From Candidatus Methanoxibalbensis ujae (GTDB taxonomy: Archaea > Halobacteriota > Syntropharchaeia > Alkanophagales > Methanospirareceae): a DNA stretch of 64,000 bases. The DNA is taken from the NCBI GenBank assembly GCA_026134085.1, contig JAOQIN010000002.1:73390-137389 (forward strand), read 5' to 3'. A program made the position numbers and the translations under genes. A model generated the notes under the pieces. That model saw only the letters and a program-made list of their open reading frames with translations, was not told the origin of the DNA and did not search any database. Below are positions 19,184-28,266 of this stretch, piece by piece (positions within the stretch are counted from its first letter, which is position 1; each line of letters starts with the position of its first letter).

Positions 19184-20540
19184 TCAAATTATATTTTGAT
19201 GCTATTTCCTTGAATGCGTCTGCCGTGTATTTAATCTGATCCCATGAGAGCCCGTATGTGTTCAGTTTCCATACTTTCGTTGAGCCTGCAAATTCGCCTA
19301 CGATTCCACGGCGCTTGAGCTCATCGCTGAGGAAGTATCCGCGACGCTTGTGTGTTCTAGCTATGCGATCAAAACTGCCGCGTGTGTCAACCTTTGAGAG
19401 TGTGTGCTTGCGCGGAAGCTCGCTCACCACATCGCAACCTTCAATTCGCATGAATTCATCAATGAAGTAATTGCTCTTCCTCACCTCCTCATCCCAGCGC
19501 CTCACGCGCTCTTTCACATGGGGGAAAGATGCGATCATCGTAACGATAGTTGCTCCCATGAGTGTGCATCCCAGAAGCTCGGGCTCCTTTGCCGAAAACT
19601 TTCTGCCTGTCAGGTCTCCCTTTATCTCACTTCCTCTGAAGACGACCGGTGCCCATTCCTCTGTTGTTGCCAGGATGCCTGAGGGAGCAGCTGATGCCAT
19701 TCCCTTGTGTCCGCTCCCGACAACGAAATCGGCACATATTTCTTTTCCGTTCACAGGCAGCAGTCCCACAGAATACGCACCGTTGTATAGGAAGGGAATT
19801 CCATATTCCTTCGCCACTTTTCCGATGCCTCTGACATCGTGCTCATTTCCAAATGAATAGTCAAAATGCTCAATCATGATCAGCTTGGGCAGTTTTCCAT
19901 TTTCCTCACGCACCTCCTCTATCTTTGCTGCCACCGCATCCGCCGTCACAACATGATGCTCTCCTGAGGGGACTTCCTTCACAACGCCTCCCGCAACCTC
20001 AACCGCGAGAAACTCTGTGTAATGCGCGATGTCTGACACAAGAACAACATCACCCCGCTCTATGAGAGCTGAAGTGACGGCTTGAAAAGCCCTCCTCGCA
20101 CCTGGAAATACCCTCACATCGTCCATGCCGACGAAATCCGCAAGCTCTGCATGAAATTCTTCAATCGGCGGTCTCCTTATCCTCTCAAGCTTGAAAGGAG
20201 AAAGGCAGTAATCACATACAGAATATCCATCGCCATATGCTATAAGCGCCTTCCTCGCATCAACAGTCAGCCTTCCTCCGGGCTGTATCGGATTTATGTT
20301 TATAAATTCCTCCTCCCTCGTCCTCAACTCTATTTTGTCGGAGATGAACTTCAGTTGAACTCCTTTTCCTTCATTCAATTCATCAATAACTTGCTTCAAA
20401 CGCTCCAAATGCTCGTTGAACGCACGCTCCTGCTCCTCATTCAATCCAGTGGGCAGCGCATTCCTGAATATCTCACGCATTTCCTCAAGCACGAACATCG
20501 CTTCAAATATCTTGCGAACACGCACATCCCCCATAAGCAA
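19173..20540 (-). CDS. pscS: O-phospho-L-seryl-tRNA:Cys-tRNA synthase (SepCysS) with N-terminal helical extension
   Basis: NINPIQPGGRLT, GDGYSVCDYC, and SGHKGMASAAPSG (PLP lysine motif). About 80 extra N-terminal residues relative to short SepCysS forms. Confidence 0.85.
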   Translation of the reverse strand: MLMGDVRVRKIFEAMFVLEEMREIFRNALPTGLNEEQERAFNEHLERLKQVIDELNEGKGVQLKFISDKIELRTREEEFININPIQPGGRLTVDARKALIAYGDGYSVCDYCLSPFKLERIRRPPIEEFHAELADFVGMDDVRVFPGARRAFQAVTSALIERGDVVLVSDIAHYTEFLAVEVAGGVVKEVPSGEHHVVTADAVAAKIEEVREENGKLPKLIMIEHFDYSFGNEHDVRGIGKVAKEYGIPFLYNGAYSVGLLPVNGKEICADFVVGSGHKGMASAAPSGILATTEEWAPVVFRGSEIKGDLTGRKFSAKEPELLGCTLMGATIVTMIASFPHVKERVRRWDEEVRKSNYFIDEFMRIEGCDVVSELPRKHTLSKVDTRGSFDRIARTHKRRGYFLSDELKRRGIVGEFAGSTKVWKLNTYGLSWDQIKYTADAFKEIASKYNLNVR

Positions 20541-20556
20541 TTTCTTTCGTTTTCCC

Positions 20557-20570
20557 GTTTATAAAAAAAA
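20557..20570 (-). promoter_or_regulatory. TATA-box-like element upstream of pscS
   Basis: The minus strand reads ttttttttataaac about 20 nt upstream of ATG 20540. This would imply a leaderless or very short leader transcript. Confidence 0.3.
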
Positions 20571-20855
20571 CGCAAATAATGTTCTCTTCAACTTTGTGAG
20601 GGATACTTACCTTCAACCAATCGTATCTCTTTCTCCTGAATTCATACTATCTTCTGAATGCATTTGTTGTAACGTTCATGCCTGACTTAACAGCTTATTC
20701 CGGAAGCATGATTTCTTATCGTCCTCCTCTGCAAAGCCAGAGCAGGTATGTGCAGTCTTTGTATCAGAATTTAATATTGTATTCATCTTCCTTTTTTCCT
20801 TCTCATCAGGATTATCCGGATTTAAAGGAAATGTTCAGTCTCTCTTCTTCTCCTG

Positions 20856-20879
20856 TTACATCATTCATTACATCATTCA
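20856..20879. repeat. perfect 12-nt x2 tandem duplication
   Basis: ttacatcattca occurs twice. Confidence 0.95.
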
Positions 20880-21737
20880 TCTGTATGGAATCCATCACAG
20901 TTTCAGCATCAAAGTATTCCTGGCTCCGCTTATGGAAACATATCCATTGAGATCACTGGTCAGCTATTTTTTGGAACTTATCAACACCAACCGAGATAAC
21001 TTAAATCAATTTCTTTTCTCGTCTCATCAACATAATGCTTGGTTCTCATTTGTTCTTACGATCCCCGCAACAGCAGATACATGCATTTCCTTGATAGCAA
21101 TGATTAGTGCTTTATGTAAAGCCTGCTCCTTGACCATGGAACACAGTTTTCCATGTCCATCACACCTTATGGAATTTCTCCTCATAATAATTTTCCACCC
21201 CATTCATTGAGAGAGGAGATTACAAATGGAGCACAGAGGAGATTTCAGAAGGACCAGAAGGAGCACATCCAGAATCACCAGAAGAAGTGAAGTGGAGGCT
21301 CAAACTACAAGATTCCATCCAGAATATTTGCATAGCCCCATTCTTTGCTGCATATCTCAAATTCACAGAAGAGCACAAAATTTTTGTCAGGTTGATTGCT
21401 CCAGAAGACAATGAGAAGATTTTGCTTCTGGAATACAGGACGAGATTCCTCATACAAGAAGAAGTTGAAGAGGAAGCTTTCAGGAATTGGATTCAAGAGG
21501 TGCAGTGGTCTCACAATCACAACAGATTTGAATCAATACACCAACATCATAAGTGCAACAAAAGCAGTGAAGAAGAGATGGGACATTGTTTTAATTGAGG
21601 AGAGAGCTGGACAGATTCCACAGAATGGTTTAGCACCAGTGATGAGATTTCAGAGCAAGCAATGAATGAATACATGCGAGAGTGTCCATTTGATTTGATG
21701 TATGGGCATCCTCCAGATTCTCCTTTCTCTTTATTTT

Positions 21738-21800
21738 CTTTCTCTGAAATCCTGCTGAACAAATGAGAAACTCAAATCCACTTTCCAGTTTCTTAGGCAC
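21738..21800 (-). repeat. inverted partial copy of the fbp 3' end / fbp-dys intergenic junction
   Basis: The reverse complement reads gtgcctaagaaactggaaagtggatttgag|gtttctcatttgttcagcaggatttcagagaaag. It matches 29341-29370 (about 25/30) and 29464-29497 (33/34). Confidence 0.85.
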
Positions 21801-22469
21801 ATCTGGCATCAAAGGATGAGGTATTTGAGTATTTTGGAGTTTTCATTGGAAAAGGGACATGGAGCACCACACTATTTTGGACAATGTGTAAATATGGCAT
21901 AAGGATGATAAGAGAAGCACTTGACATTGCAAAATAATTCATGTGCGAAGGTATTTGAATACCAACATATTAAAATATGTGTTAGATTGTTCATGCATCA
22001 TTGTATTGGATTACAGGCTGTCATATGATTTCAATATCAAAGACTTTGCAGAAGGAGATAAAACAATAACAAAGACAAGAAAGACAATGAAGAGAAGAGG
22101 AGGAAAGGGGAATATGTTGCGACAGTTCCAACTGTTGTGAGAGAGCCATATCCGGAGATGACAGTCCAGATTCAATTGAGTTTGTATTACTGGAACCCTT
22201 GCATGCTTTAAGAAAACATACTCCTTTTGTATAGTGAGCAGCATTCAGGAAATTCAAATTTGAATTCCTTCTCATATGTATAGACTCGCCCTGCACATTC
22301 CAAGTCCTTGATGTACCATGGTGACCCAATTCCCAATGCCCCAATTCTCAATGCTATCTGAAATAGCTCTTCATCCCGCATGAAGAATATTAATTGAGGT
22401 TACCCAATGCTTAAGAGATCCGCAAATAAAAAAAAATAAAAAGAGGCATTGGCGAGGGAGGTGAGATAT

Positions 22470-22814
22470 ATGAGAATAGATGAATACAATTTCGGAAGGA
22501 TTGTTGTTGATGGAAAGGAATACACAGAGGACTTGATCATATTAACGGACAAAATAAAGGCAAACTGGTGGAGAAAAGAGGGCCATCTGCTGCTCAAAGA
22601 GGATATTGAGGATGTTATTGAGGAGGAGAAGCCAGAAATACTGATTGTAGGCACTGGTAAATACGGATACATGAAAATCGCTGATGAAACGCGTGAATAC
22701 GCAGCTGAGAAAGGCGTTGAAATAATCGCAGAGAGGACAGATGAGGCCTGCAGAATTTTCAACGAGCTCTCCGGTATGAAAAGAGTTGTCGCAGCACTGC
22801 ACTTGACATGCTGA
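22470..22814 (+). CDS. Mth938-like domain protein (DUF498)
   Basis: MRIDEYNFGRIVVDGKEY .. ILIVGTG .. C-terminal AALHLTC, colinear with the Mth938/AAMDC fold family as I recall it. Confidence 0.75.
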   Translation: MRIDEYNFGRIVVDGKEYTEDLIILTDKIKANWWRKEGHLLLKEDIEDVIEEEKPEILIVGTGKYGYMKIADETREYAAEKGVEIIAERTDEACRIFNELSGMKRVVAALHLTC

Positions 22815-22852
22815 TACCTGCTGATAAATCAAATCAAGCATGGACGCAGCGC

Positions 22853-23131
22853 CTATTTATATATTATCCTGAAGCCCTTTTCTCCTCTGTATTCCTCCCA
22901 GTGAACATCAACATGCGATACCTTTGCCGCTGGCGGTCCGCGACGGCAGAACGCTATCATCTCCTCCACCGCACTCCTCTCCCCCTCAAACACAGCTTCA
23001 ACTCTCCCATCCGGAAGATTTCTCACCCACCCGCGCACGCCTCTTGCAACAGCCTCTTCCCGTGTTGCATATCTGAAAAACACGCCTTGCACTTTTCCGC
23101 TTATGAAGACATGCGCCCTGACTGTCTCCAT
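22853..23131 (-). CDS. acyP: acylphosphatase
   Basis: 92 aa with [20 protein letters not shown] and [12 protein letters not shown]. Confidence 0.9.
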   Translation of the reverse strand: METVRAHVFISGKVQGVFFRYATREEAVARGVRGWVRNLPDGRVEAVFEGERSAVEEMIAFCRRGPPAAKVSHVDVHWEEYRGEKGFRIIYK

Positions 23132-23291
23132 ATCTTTTTTTCTTTTCTTCTTTTTTTATTTCTTTATATTATAACCATTATAACAGAAAATGATGTCTGG
23201 CCATAAGGCGTCATGGGCTGTATGACCCTGCCCATAAAGCTGACCGAATCCCAACCACCTCTTCTCTTTTTCGAAGGAGGGAGAAGGTCAC

Positions 23292-23906
23292 ATGATCGCG
23301 ATAATGAATTACGGCATGGGAAATCTCTTCAGCATATATAACAGCATGAAAAAGGTGAATGGAGAGCCTGAGCTTGTTTCAGTAGGTGAAATCAATATGC
23401 TCAGGCAGGCTGACGGCATAATTATTCCGGGCGTCGGCGCTTATGATGACGGAATGAGAAGATTGAAGCCCATCGCAGACGAGCTGCGTGAGATATTGTC
23501 AGGAGGCGTTCCACTTCTCGGCATATGCATAGGGATGCAGCTGCTTTTTGAGGAAAGCGAAGAGGGCAATGAGCGCGGATTGAGCTTGATCCCTGGCAGA
23601 GTCGTCAGACTGCCGGAGACTGTCAGAGTCCCTCACATGGGCTGGAACAACTTGCATTTCTCATATTCGGAGATACTTTCAGAGATACTTGAAGGAATCT
23701 CAGAGCATGACTACTTCTATTTCGTGCATTCTTATTACTGTGCACCTCGTGATGAGCGTCATATCGTCGCATTCTCTGAATACGGCGTAAGATTCGCCGC
23801 AGTCGTGAACATTGATAACATTTACGGTGTGCAGTTTCATCCTGAAAAATCCTCAAAAAAGGGACTTCACATACTCAAAAATTTCGTGCATATATGCAAG
23901 CGCTGA
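23292..23906 (+). CDS. hisH: imidazole glycerol phosphate synthase, glutamine amidotransferase subunit
   Basis: GVGAYD, LGICIGMQLL (catalytic Cys), VPHMGWN, FVHSYY, GVQFHPEKS. Confidence 0.92.
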   Translation: MIAIMNYGMGNLFSIYNSMKKVNGEPELVSVGEINMLRQADGIIIPGVGAYDDGMRRLKPIADELREILSGGVPLLGICIGMQLLFEESEEGNERGLSLIPGRVVRLPETVRVPHMGWNNLHFSYSEILSEILEGISEHDYFYFVHSYYCAPRDERHIVAFSEYGVRFAAVVNIDNIYGVQFHPEKSSKKGLHILKNFVHICKR

Positions 23907-24236
23907 CTTCTCCGCTGGTATTTTGTTGCCGCTTCTGACACTTCAGGGCGTTATCTGTTGAGTGTTGTTTTGTTTCTCATGGCCTCTCCTCCAACCCGGC
24001 ACTTTTCTCACCTCATCATTTACGCCCTCTCATTCACTTGACTCCCGGCATCCCGGCTTTCGCTTATTAAGACTCTCCATCCTCTCTCAACATGCAGACC
24101 CAAATCTGAGCAAAGCAGAAGTCTATGTTGGATGCTTGAGGACTCACGGGAGACCTGAGCGGCTCAGGAAGCAGCTGTCTAGTTGCCTGTGGCATCTGCA
24201 GGTTTTAACAACATAAAATAAAAATAATGATGCAAT

Positions 24237-24806
24237 ATGGCTGGAATAAATCTGAACAAGAAGGGTATAAGAGTGCTGGGAATTGCGGAGAGCTTTGTGA
24301 GAGAGAATCCGAAATCCATTCTTGCAGGCATTGTGATGCGTTCTGATATGATTATTGACGGCTTCGCTCTCACAAGAATAAGTGTGGGAGGTATGGATGC
24401 CACGGAAGGAGTCATAAGGATTTTTAATTCACTTGATCGTTCAGATATAAATGTGATAATGCTCAATGGCTGCGTGATAAGCTGGTTCAATATAATTGAT
24501 CTGAGCAGGGTATATGAGGATTTGGGTGTGCCTCTGGTGTGTGTGACATACGAAAGCTCAGGAGGGCTTGAGGAGCATATCTCACGGCATTTCAGCGGAT
24601 ATGACCGTGATGTGCGCCTGGATGCATACAGAAGGCTCGGAGAGAGAGTTCCTGTTCGCGTGTCGCGTCATGAGGTGCTTATACGATTTCTCGGCATGGA
24701 AAAAAGCGAGGCAGCCCGCCTTCTCCGCAAATTCACAATTCATGGTAAAACGCCAGAACCACTCAGGGTTGCAAGGCTCGTGGCAAGAGCTGTTCTCAGG
24801 AACTAA
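24237..24806 (+). CDS. DUF99/UPF0215 family protein (endonuclease V-like fold)
   Basis: IRVLGIAESF .. GIVMR .. DGFALTRISVGGMDAT .. the pattern typical of archaeal UPF0215 proteins. Confidence 0.7.
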   Translation: MAGINLNKKGIRVLGIAESFVRENPKSILAGIVMRSDMIIDGFALTRISVGGMDATEGVIRIFNSLDRSDINVIMLNGCVISWFNIIDLSRVYEDLGVPLVCVTYESSGGLEEHISRHFSGYDRDVRLDAYRRLGERVPVRVSRHEVLIRFLGMEKSEAARLLRKFTIHGKTPEPLRVARLVARAVLRN

Positions 24807-24827
24807 ACATAGGTGCAGTTCACTTGA

Positions 24828-25946
24828 TCACAGCAGTATCTGTATATCAAGCTTTTCAGAAAGTTCGCGGTAACGGTTTCTTATTGTGACCTCCGTCACA
24901 CCTGTTGCCTCTGATATTTCCTTCTGTGTGCGGTGCTTTCCGCTGAGTATCGCTGCAATATATATTGCGGCGGCTGCAACGCCTATGGGACCACGACCGT
25001 TCGTCAACTCCTTCTCCTGCGCCTTCTTTATGATTTCAATGGCCTTCGCACGGACATCTCCACCCAATCCCAATCTCGAGCAGAAACGAGGGACGAACTC
25101 AATAGGAGATGCAGGCGGAAGTTTTATGTCAAGCTCCCTCAAAATAAAGCGATACGCACGACTTATTTCTCTCTGAGAAACTCTTGAAACGGATTTTATT
25201 TCCTCAAGTGTGCGTGGAATGCCATACTGACGGCATGTTATATACAGAATGGCAGATGTTATACCCTCTATGCTCCGTCCTCTTATCAGATTCTTCTCCA
25301 TCACTTCTCTGTAAAGCTTTGCAGCAGCCTCTCTTATGTTCACCGGCAGCTTCAGCGCGGATGCCATACGATCAATCTCAGACAGCGCATATATGAAGCT
25401 GCGCTCCGTGGTGTTTGTGATGTGTGCGATGTGCCATCTTCCGAGCGGTTCCAGGCCCTTTGATGTGACGAGCGTGCTCAGACCCTTATCATGAATCCTA
25501 TATGTCATCGGCGCACCCACTCTCTCACGCTGAGATGCCTGCTCAAAATCAAAAGCACGCCACTCAGGTCCGAGATCAACAAGATTTTCCGCTATTACAA
25601 GACCACAATCCCCGCAGAACATCTCCGCCCTTTCATAATCCCACACGAGATTGCGTGAATGACACTCTGGACATTCTTTCACACGCTCCACTCCTCTCTC
25701 CTCTTCCCTCACAACATTCTCAGCTGCACGCCGATCTCTCTGCTCTTGCTGCTCTCTCTTTTCGTGCTTCTCAATCTTCTCAATGCTCATATTGTTCTCA
25801 TACTCCTTATCTCTCTCAATATCCCCCTCTTTCTCCCGCTTTATTTCTCCGCTCGCCTCCCTGTCATCTCTCCTATCATTATACACCAGCTGCTTATCCG
25901 CGTCTTCCGCTTCTTCATCCATAATATAATTTATAGATTTTTTCAA
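24828..25946 (-). CDS. tfb: transcription initiation factor TFB with roughly 90-aa charged N-terminal extension
   Basis: Zn ribbon [24 protein letters not shown], then GPEWRAF, two cyclin-fold repeats, and a C-terminal HTH ([19 protein letters not shown]). The Zn ribbon starts only around residue 92. Confidence 0.9.
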   Translation of the reverse strand: MKKSINYIMDEEAEDADKQLVYNDRRDDREASGEIKREKEGDIERDKEYENNMSIEKIEKHEKREQQEQRDRRAAENVVREEERGVERVKECPECHSRNLVWDYERAEMFCGDCGLVIAENLVDLGPEWRAFDFEQASQRERVGAPMTYRIHDKGLSTLVTSKGLEPLGRWHIAHITNTTERSFIYALSEIDRMASALKLPVNIREAAAKLYREVMEKNLIRGRSIEGITSAILYITCRQYGIPRTLEEIKSVSRVSQREISRAYRFILRELDIKLPPASPIEFVPRFCSRLGLGGDVRAKAIEIIKKAQEKELTNGRGPIGVAAAAIYIAAILSGKHRTQKEISEATGVTEVTIRNRYRELSEKLDIQILL

Positions 25947-26046
25947 ATATTTAACTTTCTGTTTTTTTTCTGTTGCTGATGATTCTCACCGGCGGGATAC
26001 GGCACGGGATATGGAGGAGGTTGTTCATATGGTTTCAGATGGCGGA

Positions 26047-26229
26047 ATGAGAATTGAAGAATACTGGCTTGTGCCCGAATGACGCAGGAATGTATGGAGC
26101 AATGGAAGTAGGAAACTTGTGAGTGTATCTGCTCAAAATGCGTTGAAGTGATTGTTGAGCGGACAGGGAAGGCCTGCGAGATTTTCAACAGGACCTCAAG
26201 CGGTCGCAGCTCTGCACTTGACATGCTGA
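26047..26229 (+). pseudogene. decayed, internally deleted paralog of the Mth938-like gene
   Basis: It starts atgagaattgaagaatac (MRIEEY, compare MRIDEY at 22470) and has an early stop. The 3' part gttgaagtgattgttgagcggacaggg..attttcaac..gtcgcagctctgcacttgacatgctga parallels 22725-22814. Confidence 0.75.
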
Positions 26230-26343
26230 TGCAGTTCGTTGAGCGAAATTTATGTGAGATATTTTCAATTGAAATTATGGAAGAGGAAAAGGAGAAAGGG
26301 AGAGAGGAGGAAAAAGTGCCAGAGGGATTTCTAGCTAGAGGCG

Positions 26344-26643
26344 GTGAACAAGTTTTACGATGCCTATGATTTCATATTCAAGCGTTTTGACGAGATATAC
26401 ATGGATTACCTGCGTGGAGAAGATGTCAGAAAGCAATTAAGGAATTTTGAAAAGACAGCAGGAATCATATTTCTCCTGATCAGCGATCTCTTTTCAAGAG
26501 AGGAGAAAGTCAAGAAGTGGCTTGCTAAGGAGCATGTTGAGGAGGAGAAAATCCAAAAAATTATGGAATTTAAGAGGCGTTATTCAGGTTTAGAAGATGA
26601 AATAATAGCTTTCACATGGGAATCACTCGGATATTTCCATTAG
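26344..26643 (+). CDS. small helical protein (paralog of 9663..10001), first gene of the orphan operon
   Basis: GTG start with an upstream in-frame stop at 26332. The gap-free alignment to the 112-aa protein gives about 38 percent identity by hand count. Confidence 0.7.
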   Translation: MNKFYDAYDFIFKRFDEIYMDYLRGEDVRKQLRNFEKTAGIIFLLISDLFSREEKVKKWLAKEHVEEEKIQKIMEFKRRYSGLEDEIIAFTWESLGYFH

Positions 26644-26664
26644 ACGGATGTTTCAACAAGATAT

Positions 26665-26952
26665 ATGTTTGATATTAAGTATAAATTTCCTGTTATTGAA
26701 TTGCATCTTTTCTCTGGTTCAAGAGAAATATTACATTTGAGAGATCCAGTAACATCAGTATATCATCTGGCAAGAACGATTCAGGAAGAGGTAAAGAGAT
26801 GTCTCGGAGGAGTGAAAGGTTATGATATTGATCCGGATGAAATTAAGCATATAGAGGATGTTATGAGAGGAATAGAGTTGGATTTGGGGGAAATAAGAGA
26901 AATAATAGAAGAGATAAAGGGGAGGGAGGAGGAAGGGAGGAGAGTAAGATGA
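26665..26952 (+). CDS. hypothetical protein (orphan operon gene 2)
   Basis: 95-aa ORF starting 21 nt after gene 1. Its stop overlaps the gene 3 start (ATGA). No family recognised. Confidence 0.5.
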   Translation: MFDIKYKFPVIELHLFSGSREILHLRDPVTSVYHLARTIQEEVKRCLGGVKGYDIDPDEIKHIEDVMRGIELDLGEIREIIEEIKGREEEGRRVR

Positions 26953-27542
26953 GAGGAACGAGCGAGGCCTTTCCAGAAAGTTACAAGGAATGGATGAGAG
27001 AAGAAAAAGGGAGAGTAAAGGAGCCTTTCCCTGGAATTTTTAGAGAGAGGAAAAAAGATTTGGACATGCTCTCTAGGTATGTTTGGAAGGTCTATAGAGG
27101 AAGTTACTTGGAAGTAGGGAAAGAGGAGATGGAGTATTTGACAAGAACGCCACCAAGACCGACATCCATCTACAAAACTACTTTTGAACTGCGCCATCTT
27201 ATGAGGAAATTGGGAGAAGAATATACAGAGGAAACAGGCATTAGTGAGGAGAGAGCTTTTGAAGAACTGCGCAATCTTATGAGGAAATTGGAGAGGGGAG
27301 AAGTTTTAAATGCTGATGAAGTGGCGAGTTTGATGCGTATAGAGGAATTTGCCCGCAGCGAAGGGAGGGAAGAACTGCTGCGTGAGGTTGAAAGGGCATT
27401 CACAAAGCTTGGAGAATTAACAAAGAACCTTGCAGGGGAGCCTGAAAAGATGGAATTGAAGAGAGGGGAGATCAAGGAAATAGATGAAAACACACTTATT
27501 AGGCGAAGAAAGGATGGGAAGTCGGAACTTATACTTCTTTAA
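26949..27542 (+). CDS. hypothetical protein (orphan operon gene 3) with internal 28-nt direct repeat
   Basis: 197-aa ORF. gaactgcgc(c/a)atcttatgaggaaattgg occurs at 27186-27213 and at 27264-27291 (ELRHLMRKLG / ELRNLMRKLE). Confidence 0.6.
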   Translation: MRGTSEAFPESYKEWMREEKGRVKEPFPGIFRERKKDLDMLSRYVWKVYRGSYLEVGKEEMEYLTRTPPRPTSIYKTTFELRHLMRKLGEEYTEETGISEERAFEELRNLMRKLERGEVLNADEVASLMRIEEFARSEGREELLREVERAFTKLGELTKNLAGEPEKMELKRGEIKEIDENTLIRRRKDGKSELILL

Positions 27543-27547
27543 AGAAA

Positions 27548-27838
27548 ATGGTGGAAGAAATAGGCAAAGAATTAGGCAAAGAACTGGCAGGAGAAATAAT
27601 AAGGGGGGTAAGTGAAAGGAAAGAAGAAGATTTCTTCAAGGAATGCGATACTTGGTGGAAGGAACGAGGTATATTTAGACCTAAAATACTCTTTGTGCAT
27701 AAGTATGCCGATTATATAGATATATGGGAAGCGGAATGGGGTAGAAGTGTGAATATCAGGTATATTAAGAGAATACCTTTGGGAACGAATATTTTTCCGA
27801 CAAGCAATAATTTACACCGCTCAATGTCCGGGATGTGA
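27548..27838 (+). CDS. hypothetical protein (orphan operon gene 4)
   Basis: 96-aa ORF starting 5 nt after gene 3. Trp/Tyr-rich core (CDTWWKERGIF..YIDIWEAEWGRS). Confidence 0.5.
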   Translation: MVEEIGKELGKELAGEIIRGVSERKEEDFFKECDTWWKERGIFRPKILFVHKYADYIDIWEAEWGRSVNIRYIKRIPLGTNIFPTSNNLHRSMSGM

Positions 27839-28088
27839 TCGGAGAGACAAAGTGGTTCGCATTAGTGCAAGCTGAAGTTTAGCCGCACTCTAAGGAGCAT
27901 AACGGATTGGGAATTGGGAACTTCTGCGGGATTCTGAGTGCTTTGCATCCGAGAATCTGAATCACAGAATAAGAAGGGAAAGAGCTATTGAGGAAGCGGA
28001 AGGGTTCTGTGGAGAGATGGATTAATAAGCTTTACAGGAAACCTGTCTCCTGCACCTCTGCTCTCCCAGAGTAAGAGCTGGCAGGCGT

Positions 28089-28122
28089 GATGTCTGTGTG
28101 CCGGATGTCTGTGTGCCGGATG
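28089..28122. repeat. perfect 15-nt x2 (+4 nt) tandem duplication upstream of fbp
   Basis: gatgtctgtgtgccg occurs twice, followed by gatg. Confidence 0.95.
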
Positions 28123-28233
28123 ATCCGACCGCCCGTGGGAGGGATGTGGGGCCTGTCCAGCTTTGAATCCTTCCGTCCGTGAGGGAGATCTACTTTTTCA
28201 CTCATCTCAACATTCTTTTTCACCCATCTCAAC

Positions 28234-28241
28234 CTTTATAC
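28234..28241 (+). promoter_or_regulatory. TATA-box-like element upstream of fbp
   Basis: ctttatac lies about 26-33 nt upstream of ATG 28267. It is preceded by a duplicated cac(t/c)catctcaac motif. Confidence 0.35.
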
Positions 28242-28266
28242 AGTTGAAAAAAAATGGAAATCAGAA

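Larger units (their letters stand above)
20541..22448. other. AT-rich 1.9-kb stretch without intact genes (decayed DNA)
   Basis: No ORF longer than 120 aa on either strand. Protein-like fragments are broken by frameshifts (for example 21226-21770). Hand counts of a few 60-nt lines give about one-third G+C. Confidence 0.6.

Noticed and set aside
23907-24236. A possible ncRNA in the 330-nt hisH-DUF99 spacer. The minus strand contains gagaaaagtgccggg, reminiscent of RNase P CR-I, and the spacer has a cctgagc-g-gctcagg palindrome.
   Set aside because: The motif has an inserted base and sits at the wrong (3') end relative to the other expected conserved regions, none of which I can find.
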